A model generated the notes under the pieces. It saw nothing but the letters and a program-made list of their open reading frames with translations, had not been told where the DNA came from and did not search any database. Position numbers and translations under genes: made by a program. Shown here piece by piece: positions 29,652 through 39,457 of a DNA stretch of 64,000 nucleotides. Source of the stretch: Vampirovibrionaceae bacterium NZW_1234 (GTDB taxonomy: Bacteria > Cyanobacteriota > Vampirovibrionia > Vampirovibrionales > JAGQHJ01); the NCBI GenBank assembly GCA_041697335.1, contig JBGUGD010000039.1:64001-128000 (forward strand). The letters are read 5' to 3'. Positions within the stretch are counted from its first letter, which is position 1. Each line of letters starts with the position of its first letter.

Positions 29652-29801
29652 ATGAATCCCACATCCCGCCCAACCAATTGCTACTGTCCTCAGTGTCATC
29701 AACACCCTCAGACTCCGCCCATCGAAGTGCGGGGTCATCTGGAGTGCCCTATCTGTCATTGGGTGGTTGAAACCTGTTGTGAAGGAGGCCCCCAGAATTA
29801 A
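29652..29801 (+). CDS. 49-aa Cys-rich zinc-ribbon-like protein
   Basis: GAGAGG RBS; MNPTSRPTNCYCPQCHQHPQTPPIEVRGHLECPICHWVVETCCEGGPQN. Confidence 0.75.
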   Translation: MNPTSRPTNCYCPQCHQHPQTPPIEVRGHLECPICHWVVETCCEGGPQN

Positions 29802-29836
29802 TCCCAAGCTTTCAGGCGAATTGAGGGGGTAAATAA

Positions 29837-30544
29837 ATGACGACATACCGAACTGGGCAGCCTAATGACCAAAAAGCCGAACAATTAAGGCTTAAGATGG
29901 TCTGTGACCAACTCGAAAAACGAGATATTCACGACATAAACGTTTTAAACGCCATGCGCAAGGTTCCTCGCCACTTATTTGGCAAATTTACAACACTTGA
30001 AGAGGCCTATGGGGATTTTCCCTATCATATTGATTGTCAACAAACGATCTCTCAGCCCTATATGGTTGCCTTCATGACCCAAGCCCTCGAGATTGAACCC
30101 TTTCACAAGGTGCTCGAAATCGGCACCGGTTCAGGCTATCAAACCGCCATTCTCTGCGAACTATCCAGCAAGATCTACAGTATTGAACGTCATGCAGCAT
30201 TATCACAACAAGCCCAAAGTCAATTAGAATCACTTGGGTACCATCCTAGAAAGCTCATCATCGGTGATGGTTCCCAAGGCCTCTCACAAGACAGCCCTTT
30301 TGATCGCATTCTGGTAACAGCCGCCTGCGACGTCTACCCGCAAAATCTGATTCAGCAGTTAAATCCTGATGGCGGTATCATCATTTTCCCCATAGATACT
30401 GGAAAAGCCTATCAGCGCTTACTTAAAGTCATCCGACATAGCCTAGACCAAACCGAGGAAATCGACTTAGGCGAAGTGCGTTTCGTCCCTCTCATCCGAG
30501 CAGAAGCACAAGCGAATTCTCAAAACGCCAATCCATCGGATTAG
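29837..30544 (+). CDS. pcm: Protein-L-isoaspartate O-methyltransferase
   Basis: VPRHLF, QTISQPYMVA, VLEIGTGSGYQ, GDGSQG, PFDRILVTAA, VRFVPL. Confidence 0.96.
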   Translation: MTTYRTGQPNDQKAEQLRLKMVCDQLEKRDIHDINVLNAMRKVPRHLFGKFTTLEEAYGDFPYHIDCQQTISQPYMVAFMTQALEIEPFHKVLEIGTGSGYQTAILCELSSKIYSIERHAALSQQAQSQLESLGYHPRKLIIGDGSQGLSQDSPFDRILVTAACDVYPQNLIQQLNPDGGIIIFPIDTGKAYQRLLKVIRHSLDQTEEIDLGEVRFVPLIRAEAQANSQNANPSD

Positions 30545-31746
30545 TGTCGGCTAATACCGCCAGAACGCCCCATATAGACGTTATAGTCGAAGGTAAATTC
30601 AACGCTAATGCTGTTGTTGCGATATTCCGGAGGTAAAGGCCGAAACGGAGCAGAGCGTTCCACAGCAGCTCGAGCGGCAGCATCGGCATTGGCAAACCCG
30701 GAGGAGCGTTTCACATTCACACTTAAAAGACGTCCATCGCGAGAAATACTAAACAGCAGAACCACACTTTTATCTTCCCGATCATCGGGTGGAGTCCAGT
30801 TGCGACGAATGCGACGCTGAAGCTCCGCAAGATAGGGACCGAAATCCGGCTCCGCAATGGCATCGACCCCGGGTCGGCCACCGCCGCCACCAGGGCTCCC
30901 GTACTGAGAATAAGGACTACGACCACCTTGGCCCGATGAGCCTGCAGAAGAAGGTCGGCCACCCCCGGAAAACTGCCCAGGAACGGTTGCCGGGGAGCTG
31001 GCACCGCCACCACCGGAACCAGAACCAGCCGTGCCACTTCCGCTGGCAGGTCCTCTTACGAGGGGTCCGGTTGTCGTGACCGGCCCAGCCGACTCGGGAA
31101 CTTGGATTGGCGCGACAGGATTAGGCACAGCAGAAATGCGTTGGCGATCCGTGGTAGGCCGAGGAGCTGTTACCCTGGGCCGAGGAGGAGCCGGGGGCGT
31201 ATTATCGGGTTGCTGAGAAGGCTGTTGTGCTACCGGCTTAGCTTGTTGCTGGGGACGTTGAGGCTGAGGCGTCTGGTTTGGAGCAGAACGAGACCGAGGT
31301 GTCGGCGTCGCTGAAACACTGGGTTGAGGACGCTGACGAGGTTGAGGGTTACCTGCCTGTCGCTGGGTTTGGGCCTCACGCATATTGGGTATTTTTTCTC
31401 CCCCTGCACGGGTATTGTGTTCCGCCCGATTTCGAGTCTTCGGGTTACGGGGGGCCTCTTCAGGTGCATTCACCAATTGAAACTCAATATCCTGAACCGG
31501 CTGAGGCCGATCAAAGGTGAGCAAGTGAATGCCGAAAAACTCCAAGAGAATCAAGAACAACCAGATTAACAAGATGCTACCGATGTGAACACCGGCGGAA
31601 ATCAGCAAGCTGCGCGTCATGCCAATATCATTATCTTGGTAAGTCAGCACCATAGCCGGAACATCGCCCACTGTCGCAGGCTGAAACGGCTTCGGCTCGG
31701 GGGTAAATGAATTCGGTGCGTTACTCACCACGAGGTTGTCTCTCAT
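30541..31746 (-). CDS. TonB/TolA-family energy transducer
   Basis: TM helix with SxxxH (SAGVH), Pro-rich linker, C-terminal domain (RRIRRNWTPP, SSG...D.AA..AV..SAPF.PLP). Confidence 0.88.
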   Translation of the reverse strand: MRDNLVVSNAPNSFTPEPKPFQPATVGDVPAMVLTYQDNDIGMTRSLLISAGVHIGSILLIWLFLILLEFFGIHLLTFDRPQPVQDIEFQLVNAPEEAPRNPKTRNRAEHNTRAGGEKIPNMREAQTQRQAGNPQPRQRPQPSVSATPTPRSRSAPNQTPQPQRPQQQAKPVAQQPSQQPDNTPPAPPRPRVTAPRPTTDRQRISAVPNPVAPIQVPESAGPVTTTGPLVRGPASGSGTAGSGSGGGGASSPATVPGQFSGGGRPSSAGSSGQGGRSPYSQYGSPGGGGGRPGVDAIAEPDFGPYLAELQRRIRRNWTPPDDREDKSVVLLFSISRDGRLLSVNVKRSSGFANADAAARAAVERSAPFRPLPPEYRNNSISVEFTFDYNVYMGRSGGISRH

Positions 31747-31796
31747 CTTGACTTCCTTTACTATTTTAGGACGAAACGCAGGAAAACTTTAGTCCT

Positions 31797-32783
31797 ATGA
31801 AAAATGTAACGGTTATCCGTGCTTACCGGGGTGGCATTTGTGAAAACATTCATATCGCCTCAACCGCTGTTTGCTCAGAGACGGGAACGGTTTGCCAAAT
31901 GTTCCCAGACTTGGAAGAGAGCCATGTATTCCTGCGTTCTGCGGCCAAGCCATTCCAAGCCTTACCGTTATATCAAAACCCTCAATCAAAAGACATTCCC
32001 CTAGAGGAGTGGGCCATCATCTGCGCCTCGCATTCTGCCTCTGCGATACACCTGAAGCTGGTTCATCGATTATTAGAGCGAGCCCAAGCAACTGAAGCTG
32101 ATCTTCAGTGTGGTCCGCACATGCCCACTGATGAGTCCACTTCAAAGCAGCTCATCTGTTCTCAATCAGCCCCAACCAAGATCCATAACAACTGCTCGGG
32201 AAAGCATGCCGGCATGTTGTTGGCGTGCCGGTATTACGGCTGGCCTTTGGAAACGTACCTTGACCCTGATCACCCCTTACAGCAGGCCATTCGAAAAATT
32301 ATCGAGCATTACAGCGAGACCGACGCCATCATCACCGCCATTGACGGTTGTGGAGCACCGGTATTTGGTCTCCCCCTCGCCTCTATCGCCAAATTATTTC
32401 AGAACCTGGCTATACAACCTGAATTAGCGCATCTTTACCGGGCCATGGTCACCCATCCCGAACTCGTGGGTGATGCCCATCGGATTGATTCCAACCTCAT
32501 GAAGATCAGCCAAGGCAATATCGTGGCCAAGGTTGGAGCAGAAGGGTTTCTCGGTCTAGCCCATCGCGAGCGAAAAGAGGGCCTTGCCATCAAGATGCAT
32601 GACGGCAGCAACGAGATGCGGGATCGACTGGTCATTACGTTATTGGAAAAACTTGACTGGTTGAGCTTCGATCAGGCTGAAGCTCTTCGGCAAATGCCAC
32701 AGTTCTCGTCCCACCGCGTGAACACCCAGGGCAAAGTTATCGGCCATTATACCTTTGAGTTCCCTAACAGCGTGCCTGTCTAG
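31797..32783 (+). CDS. L-asparaginase II (Rhizobium AnsA-type)
   Basis: RSAAKPFQA, ASHS, NNCSGKHAGML, DGCGAP, AKVGAEG. Confidence 0.92.
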   Translation: MKNVTVIRAYRGGICENIHIASTAVCSETGTVCQMFPDLEESHVFLRSAAKPFQALPLYQNPQSKDIPLEEWAIICASHSASAIHLKLVHRLLERAQATEADLQCGPHMPTDESTSKQLICSQSAPTKIHNNCSGKHAGMLLACRYYGWPLETYLDPDHPLQQAIRKIIEHYSETDAIITAIDGCGAPVFGLPLASIAKLFQNLAIQPELAHLYRAMVTHPELVGDAHRIDSNLMKISQGNIVAKVGAEGFLGLAHRERKEGLAIKMHDGSNEMRDRLVITLLEKLDWLSFDQAEALRQMPQFSSHRVNTQGKVIGHYTFEFPNSVPV

Positions 32784-34663
32784 CGCTCCGAGACATGGCT
32801 GCTTTGGGACATGGGCGAATCCACATAGGTGTCTTCGTCTTGCATGGTCGAGACAAAGGGCATCGGGCCTTCCAATTGCATTTTGTTAATACGGTGGCCA
32901 TCCATTTCCAGGACCGTAAACATTAAGTCTTCAAACGGCACCTGATCGCCTTCCTTGGGTTCCCGGCCCAACAATCCAAAGACAAAGCCCCCAATGGTAT
33001 TGAACTCTTCATCGGGAATGCCCAGTTTAAAACGCTCATTGAGCTCGTCAATATTTATCCGCCCACTCATCACAATGCGGTTGGGCTCAGGCTGATCCAG
33101 AACATCCTGATCTTCATCGTACTCGTCCCAAATTTCACCCACGATCTCTTCTAACAAGTCCTCCAGGGTAACCAGGCCAGCAAAGCCGCCGTGCTCATCA
33201 GCCACCATGGCGATTTGAATTTTCTTGCGCTTGAATTCTTCCAGCAAATCGCTCACCGGTTTATTTTCGGGGTAAATATCAAACTCACGAACCAGTCCCT
33301 GAAGAGGCACGTCCATTTCACCGCGACGCAGGTACTCAAACACATCCTTGGCATGGATTGCACCGATCATATTGTCAATATCTTCCTGATAAACCGGAAT
33401 CCGGGTGTGGCCGGTTTTAACAATAATGTCTACCAAGTCGTTCAAGGACTCCGATACTTCAATACAATCCACATCGGTCCGAGGGATCATAATGTCACTG
33501 ACCACGGCGTGGGTAAATTCATAGACATTTTTGAGGATACGCTCTTCGCGCTGTTTAAGCACATTGCGTTCCCGGCCCTGTTCAATCAACCGATAGAACT
33601 GATCACTCCATTCAACGTTGGTCTCATCGGCCAAAACCTCGATGATAACCTCTTTGACATTAGATACCCGAGCCTGTACCCGATCCCGAATCCGGTCCGT
33701 CAGGTCATCCACATCTTTCACCAGAATGTCCGGGTCAACCTCGACCCGCATGTGAACCACAACCCCGGACATCCCGTAATCAATGGTCTTCAAGTCATGC
33801 ACTTGCGACACACCCGAAAGACTCAAGACAAAGTCGCGAATCTTCTGCTCAACCTGTGGGCTGGCCGAAGAGCCGGTCAAGCCCTTGCTGTTATGCAGGA
33901 ACAAGTAAATCGCCAAACTCAGCAGCATCAAACCGATCAAAATAGAAGCGGAGGCGTCAGGGACATGGGCGTAGGCTTGAGGCAAAATCCCAATTACTGT
34001 TCCCACTTGAGAAATGGTAATTGCCACCAGGGCCACAATCGCACCCAGAAGCGCAATGGTGTCTTCATAGTAAACAAACCGAGTAGTGGGGCTAATAATT
34101 GTGCGTACATGCTTACCTGCCGTCACCACACGACGCCACCACGAGGACTCGGTCAGTTCTTTCTCGTTTAACACAGCCGTCGCGGCAACATTGACAGCCC
34201 CAATCTCAAGAACAATACTGACCAATAGCACAACAGCCGATAACCAATACCCTTCCAGAGGTTGAGGGTGAATAAAGCGGTTGATGCCAATATACATGGA
34301 CATACTGGCCAATATGAGCATTAACAGACTGGCCAGCATCGCCCAAAGCGTGGTCTCCAACCCATACCCAAAGGGATGCGTTTTATCTGGCGCACGGCTG
34401 CCTTTGTAAAGACCAATCAATAAAAAACCGCTGTTTAACGAATCAGCCATCGAGTGCATGGCTTCAGAGAGCATGGCACTCTGGCGCCCAAGGATACCGG
34501 CTATCAGTTTCACCCCACCAATGGACAGGTTGGCGGCCAAAGCCACTAAAACGGCGCGCTTACTGTGCCAAGTGTCTGACTTGGCGGACGAAGGGAGAAC
34601 AACTGTTTCAATACTGCGTTGTGACCGTAAGGGACTACTGTCAGAGGAGTCAGAACTGGCCAT
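32780..34663 (-). CDS. Cation diffusion facilitator fused to a CBS pair and CorC/HlyC domain
   Basis: EAMHSMAD, HPFGYG, dimerisation domain; then IMIPRTD, GHTRIPVY, VADEHGGFAGLVTLEDLLEEIVGEIWDEYD, TIGGF. Confidence 0.9.
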   Translation of the reverse strand: MASSDSSDSSPLRSQRSIETVVLPSSAKSDTWHSKRAVLVALAANLSIGGVKLIAGILGRQSAMLSEAMHSMADSLNSGFLLIGLYKGSRAPDKTHPFGYGLETTLWAMLASLLMLILASMSMYIGINRFIHPQPLEGYWLSAVVLLVSIVLEIGAVNVAATAVLNEKELTESSWWRRVVTAGKHVRTIISPTTRFVYYEDTIALLGAIVALVAITISQVGTVIGILPQAYAHVPDASASILIGLMLLSLAIYLFLHNSKGLTGSSASPQVEQKIRDFVLSLSGVSQVHDLKTIDYGMSGVVVHMRVEVDPDILVKDVDDLTDRIRDRVQARVSNVKEVIIEVLADETNVEWSDQFYRLIEQGRERNVLKQREERILKNVYEFTHAVVSDIMIPRTDVDCIEVSESLNDLVDIIVKTGHTRIPVYQEDIDNMIGAIHAKDVFEYLRRGEMDVPLQGLVREFDIYPENKPVSDLLEEFKRKKIQIAMVADEHGGFAGLVTLEDLLEEIVGEIWDEYDEDQDVLDQPEPNRIVMSGRINIDELNERFKLGIPDEEFNTIGGFVFGLLGREPKEGDQVPFEDLMFTVLEMDGHRINKMQLEGPMPFVSTMQDEDTYVDSPMSQSSHVSER

Positions 34664-34807
34664 GGAACCTCAATGGTTACGGACACATCAAACCTGGATA
34701 AAAGGACAGATTCTGGAGAAGATATCGATCCGGGGCGAAAAAACTTCAATACCCCATCCAGTTTTTCGAAATTTATTTTATAGCTATTCCCCCGAGTTTT
34801 CAAGAGA

Positions 34808-35119
34808 TTAAGGCTGAATATCCTCCAAAAAGGTTTCCTCTCCCGTAACCGGGGCCAAGCCCTCTTTGGCCGAGAGTGTCCCCGCCGGGGATTTCTGAGA
34901 TTTGGAGACATTTCCAAACCACCCGCCACCCGAACGATTTCCTTTAGGATGGGCCAAAATGGCACCTATCCGATACCCAATGACACCGAGAACCACGCTG
35001 GACCCCAGTCCAAAGATCATGGCATGCAATGGATTATCGGTGGTCACATAGGCACGTGTGGCAATGACCAGAAAAGTCAACGAAGCAAAGATACCGGCTA
35101 ATCGAACCTCTTGTTTCAT
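34808..35119 (-). CDS. Small two-TM membrane protein
   Basis: 17 nt after flhA, TAAGG RBS, two hydrophobic helices. Confidence 0.7.
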   Translation of the reverse strand: MKQEVRLAGIFASLTFLVIATRAYVTTDNPLHAMIFGLGSSVVLGVIGYRIGAILAHPKGNRSGGGWFGNVSKSQKSPAGTLSAKEGLAPVTGEETFLEDIQP

Positions 35120-35136
35120 ACCTTAAAACCCGGACT

Positions 35137-37233
35137 TCATGACATAACAGCCGCCTCCACGTGGATGGTTCCTAAGGAAACCGCCCGAACCGTGGGGCCT
35201 ATTTCGTTGTAAGACAATACGGCAACCTGCGAAAGCATCCGCTCAATCAGGCGACGCAGTGGCAAACGCAGCCTGGAGTTACACAGCAGGACAGGTTGCA
35301 AGCCATGATTCATCAATACGGATTCCACCGCTTGATTAATGCTGGTCAACAGGTTCTGGGTGTATACAGGGCTCAAGCCCAACAACTCTCCACTTTCGGT
35401 TAAGCCCGCCGCCAACTTATCTTCAACATCGGGTGCTAAGGTAATCACAGGCAGTTCACCTGTGTTCGGATCCTGATACTGCTTGCAAATGCTCCGAGAC
35501 AAGGCCATCCGGCATTGCTCCATTAAATAATCCTTGTCCTTGGATACCCGGCTATGATATGTCAGAGCCTCCAGGATGCTGGCCAAATCCCGAATGGAGA
35601 CACGCTCCCGAAGCAGATTCTGTAAAATCACATGCAATTCAGCCACGGTCAGTTGATCGGGAATCAGATCCTCAACCAGCGATTCAGCAGATTTTTTGAG
35701 GTTATCCAGAAGCGATTGTACATCCAGACGAGACAGAATGTCGGGCGAGTATTTCTTGATGACTTCAGTCAGGTGCGTTGCAACCACCGCAGAAGCACTC
35801 ACAATGGTATACCCTTTCGCCTCTGCCTCTTCTTTTTGATCCGGGTAAATCCAGATGGCTGGCAGGCCAAAAGCAGGCTCTTTACCGGCAATACCGTTGA
35901 TGGGTTCGGCCATATTATCCGTGTTCATGGCCATCCACATTTCAGGGCGGACTTCGCCACTGTCAATCACCACACCCCGAATCTTGATGTTGTAGCCGTT
36001 GGGAGAGAGTTGCAAGTTGTCACGCACACGCACAGAGGGCAACACCATACCCAGTTCAATTGCTACTTGGCGCCGTATTTGCGAGATCCGATCCAGCAGG
36101 TCACCCCCATTCTCAGGTTCCAGCAATGGAACCAGTCGATAGCCGATTTCCACCTCCAGGGATTCCACCTGTAGCAGATCCATGACGCTTTCCGAGGTAC
36201 TGGCCTTTTTGATCTTGGCCTTGGCCGATTCAGCCGCTTGCTGGCGCTCCTGTTCGGCTAGCTTACGCTTTTGACCCTTGTAAAGGAAATAGCTTCCGGC
36301 CCCCAAAGCAGCCGCAATCAACATAAAGGGCAACGTGGGCAAACCCGGGATCAAGGCCAAAGCCCCCATCAAGGAGCCCACAATACCCAGAATCTTGGGA
36401 TCCATAAACATTTGTGCCTGAATGTCATCGCCCAAGTTCCGCTGATCGGAATCCGAAACACGGGTTACCAAAATACCGGTGGCTGCCGAAATAACCAGGG
36501 CAGGCATTTGTGACACCAAGCCATCCCCAATGGTGAGGATGGTAAAGTGTTGAACTGCATCCTGAATGGACATTCCCTGTTGAAAAACGCCCACAATTAA
36601 ACCCCCAATAATATTCACCACGGTAATCAAAATGGCAGCAAAGGCATCACCCTTAACGAATTTGGAGGCACCGTCCATGGTCCCGTAGAAATCAGCTTCG
36701 CGCTGAATCTGGCTGCGGCGGACCTTGGCTTCTTCTTCGGTAATAATTCCGGCGTTTAAATCAGCATCAATACTTAACTGCTTTCCAGGCATCGCATCCA
36801 AGGTAAAGCGGGCAGCCACCTCGGCAACCCGACCAGCACCGGTGGTAATGACACTGAAGTTAATGATGACGAGAATAATAAAGATAAGAATCCCGACGAG
36901 GTAGTTCCCCCCGACAACGAAACTCCCGAACGCATGAATAACCGCACCAGCCTCCCCATGGGTTAATATCAGTCGTGTGGCGCTCACGTTCAGGCCCAGG
37001 CGAAACAGGGTGGCTACCAGAAGAATAATGGGGAACGTCGAATACTGAAGTGGCTCATGTGTGTACAAGGTCACCATTAAAATCGTTACGGCCAGGGCCA
37101 AATCCACCGTCAGCAAGACATCCAGAAAAAACGACGGCATGGGCAACAGCAGCATACCGATAATCAAGGAAATGCCGACAGCCAGAAAGATGTCGTTGTG
37201 TTTCAGGAGCTTGGATAAACTCAGTTTATTCAT
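35137..37233 (-). CDS. flhA: Flagellar export protein FlhA
   Basis: RVAEVAARFTLDAMPGKQ, FYGTMDGASKFVKGDA. Confidence 0.97.
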   Translation of the reverse strand: MNKLSLSKLLKHNDIFLAVGISLIIGMLLLPMPSFFLDVLLTVDLALAVTILMVTLYTHEPLQYSTFPIILLVATLFRLGLNVSATRLILTHGEAGAVIHAFGSFVVGGNYLVGILIFIILVIINFSVITTGAGRVAEVAARFTLDAMPGKQLSIDADLNAGIITEEEAKVRRSQIQREADFYGTMDGASKFVKGDAFAAILITVVNIIGGLIVGVFQQGMSIQDAVQHFTILTIGDGLVSQMPALVISAATGILVTRVSDSDQRNLGDDIQAQMFMDPKILGIVGSLMGALALIPGLPTLPFMLIAAALGAGSYFLYKGQKRKLAEQERQQAAESAKAKIKKASTSESVMDLLQVESLEVEIGYRLVPLLEPENGGDLLDRISQIRRQVAIELGMVLPSVRVRDNLQLSPNGYNIKIRGVVIDSGEVRPEMWMAMNTDNMAEPINGIAGKEPAFGLPAIWIYPDQKEEAEAKGYTIVSASAVVATHLTEVIKKYSPDILSRLDVQSLLDNLKKSAESLVEDLIPDQLTVAELHVILQNLLRERVSIRDLASILEALTYHSRVSKDKDYLMEQCRMALSRSICKQYQDPNTGELPVITLAPDVEDKLAAGLTESGELLGLSPVYTQNLLTSINQAVESVLMNHGLQPVLLCNSRLRLPLRRLIERMLSQVAVLSYNEIGPTVRAVSLGTIHVEAAVMS

Positions 37234-37255
37234 GCAGCATACCCTGTTCTCTCAC

Positions 37256-38344
37256 TTACTTCACCGTCTGAACCTGGGGACGCCGACGCCCCTTGTTACG
37301 TTTAAACACGAAGGCCAGAACCTCGGCCACGGCAATAAACAGTTCCGGCGGGATTAAGTGATTGACTTCAACCAATGCGTACAAACTTCGAGCCAGAGGC
37401 CGGTTTTCCACAATGGGCACCTTATTCTCCTTAGCAATTTGGCGAATCTTCAAGGCCATATGATCCGTGCCCTTGGCCACCACAATGGGAGCCGGAGCAA
37501 CGTCGGGATCATACTTAATGGCCACAGCAAAGTGGGTCGGGTTGGTTACCACAACATCGGCCTGAGGGATAGCTTTGGCCATTTTAGAGAATGCAATCTC
37601 CTGCCCCTTGGCCCGCACTTTGCCTTTAATCTGTTGGTTCCCCTCGGCGTTCTTCATTTCATCTTTGACTTCCTGCTTGGTCATCTTCAGGTTTTTCATC
37701 AGCTGGCGCTTCTGCCACCAGAGGTCCACCACACCCAACACCAACATAACCAAAGCAATGGAGGAGGCAATCTGAATTACCATCTGGAAAATAAAGCCCC
37801 ACGCCTCGGTAAAGCCCATGGTCGCCATACTCAACAAGTGTCCCTTGTTGGCATTAATAATGGAAAACCCACATGCCCCTACAATCACCATTTTCAAGAG
37901 ATTCTTGGCCAACTCCACCAAAGAGCGGACAGAGACAAAGCGTTTGGCTCCCGCAATCGGGTTCAACTTGGAAAAATTAGGCTTAATCACCTGAAATGAC
38001 ACCATCCACTTGACTTGGAGAATATTAATCAAAATTCCGACCACCATAATGGTCAACATAAAGGGAATTACCAACAAAACAACGTGATACACGATGTCTC
38101 TGAAGAGTTGGCCAAACGTCAATACAGTCAACGTGTGGGCCATACGAAGTTCATGATGCAGGAGTTCTCGGGTCAGGCGGCATAAATAATTGAATAAATA
38201 CGAGCTGTACGTAATCAAGAGAATCCAGGAAGCCACCAGGACCAACGCCGAATTTAATTCATTGCTTTTGGCAACCTGGCCTTTTCGTCTGGCATCGGCC
38301 AGACGTTTACCTGTAGGCTGTTCTGTTTTTTCCTGTCCTGACAT
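37256..38344 (-). CDS. flhB: Flagellar export protein FlhB
   Basis: EKTEQPT..RL.DARRKGQV, NPTH autocleavage site. Confidence 0.97.
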   Translation of the reverse strand: MSGQEKTEQPTGKRLADARRKGQVAKSNELNSALVLVASWILLITYSSYLFNYLCRLTRELLHHELRMAHTLTVLTFGQLFRDIVYHVVLLVIPFMLTIMVVGILINILQVKWMVSFQVIKPNFSKLNPIAGAKRFVSVRSLVELAKNLLKMVIVGACGFSIINANKGHLLSMATMGFTEAWGFIFQMVIQIASSIALVMLVLGVVDLWWQKRQLMKNLKMTKQEVKDEMKNAEGNQQIKGKVRAKGQEIAFSKMAKAIPQADVVVTNPTHFAVAIKYDPDVAPAPIVVAKGTDHMALKIRQIAKENKVPIVENRPLARSLYALVEVNHLIPPELFIAVAEVLAFVFKRNKGRRRPQVQTVK

Positions 38345-38353
38345 ACAGCCTCC

Positions 38354-39142
38354 CTAAGTCCTGAACAGTATCATCAAGTGCGAGGTCAACTCCTCATAGG
38401 CCTTGCCCAGGGCCTCAGCCGTGTAGGGCAAGGTAATGGAAATGAGCAACAGACCCAACATAATCTTGCCGGGCAGCGAAACCATCATAATGTTCATTTG
38501 GGGCATTAGCTTGGCCATAAACGCCAGAGCAACCTCTTTTACCAGAATAATACCCATCACGGGCAATACCAGAAGCATGGATAAGACAATGGCGTGTGAG
38601 CCCAAGCCCGTAAAACGTTGAGCCAACAAAGCAAAGGATTCAATCCCTGTTGCCAGCGGCACAAATTCAAAACTCTTGGCAACTGCCATAATCAGACTGT
38701 GATGAATATTCAGGGTCATAAACAGCATCAGCGCCAACATGCTGTAAAACTGACCAATGGCCGGAGAGTTAACCTGGGTTGTTGGGTCCAGGGCTTGTGC
38801 CATATTCAAGCCAATCATCACACTGATATGCCCACCGGCCATCTGAACCGAAGCAAAAACCAGTTGAGCCACAAACCCAAGCATCAAGCCAATGGCCAAC
38901 TCCTGAAACGCCAGCCAGCCAAAGCTCCAAAGGTCCTTCGCCCAGATAGGAGCAGCATTGGTGGAATAAATGGGAAACATCACCATGCCCAACGTAAAGA
39001 TCAGAAAAATACGGACCTGAATCGGAATTCCCAACTGCGTAAAAAACGGTGCCGTCGCCATCATGCCGCTGATGCGCATTAGCATCAGCATAAACACCAT
39101 TACGGTGGCTTCGGAAAAAATGGCTAGCAGATTCGGGTTCAA
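38354..39142 (-). CDS. fliR: Flagellar export protein FliR
   Basis: R.SG...TAPFF, E..IG..LG, DP, K.MPQMN; TTG start after AAGGAG. Confidence 0.95.
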   Translation of the reverse strand: MNPNLLAIFSEATVMVFMLMLMRISGMMATAPFFTQLGIPIQVRIFLIFTLGMVMFPIYSTNAAPIWAKDLWSFGWLAFQELAIGLMLGFVAQLVFASVQMAGGHISVMIGLNMAQALDPTTQVNSPAIGQFYSMLALMLFMTLNIHHSLIMAVAKSFEFVPLATGIESFALLAQRFTGLGSHAIVLSMLLVLPVMGIILVKEVALAFMAKLMPQMNIMMVSLPGKIMLGLLLISITLPYTAEALGKAYEELTSHLMILFRT

Positions 39143-39160
39143 TCCAGAAGACTCCTTCGC

Positions 39161-39430
39161 TTATTCCGTAATGGTTACCATGTGATTCAGAATTCGATGC
39201 GTGCGATCGATATACACGCTCAGCATCCAGGGACAGGCAATGACCAGAACCACGAGTGAGACGAGAATCTTCGGCACAAAGGTCAATGTTGCTTCCTGAA
39301 TCTGAGTGACCGCCTGAAACAGGCTGATTAAAATCCCAACGGACATAGCCACAACCAGAACCGGGGCACACAGCATCAGGATTAGCATAATGGTTTCTTG
39401 TAACAAGCCAATAAAGGCCATTTCAGACAT
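39161..39430 (-). CDS. fliQ: Flagellar export protein FliQ
   Basis: QAVTQIQEATLTFVPK. Confidence 0.96.
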   Translation of the reverse strand: MSEMAFIGLLQETIMLILMLCAPVLVVAMSVGILISLFQAVTQIQEATLTFVPKILVSLVVLVIACPWMLSVYIDRTHRILNHMVTITE

Positions 39431-39457
39431 ATTCTTACGCTCCACTCATCACGGTCA

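Noticed and set aside
33191..34171. 326-aa + strand ORF
   Set aside because: Antisense shadow of the CDF-CBS gene with no recognisable motifs
35632..39371. Long ORFs overlapping flhA, flhB, fliR and fliQ
   Set aside because: Antisense or alternative-frame shadows of well-conserved genes
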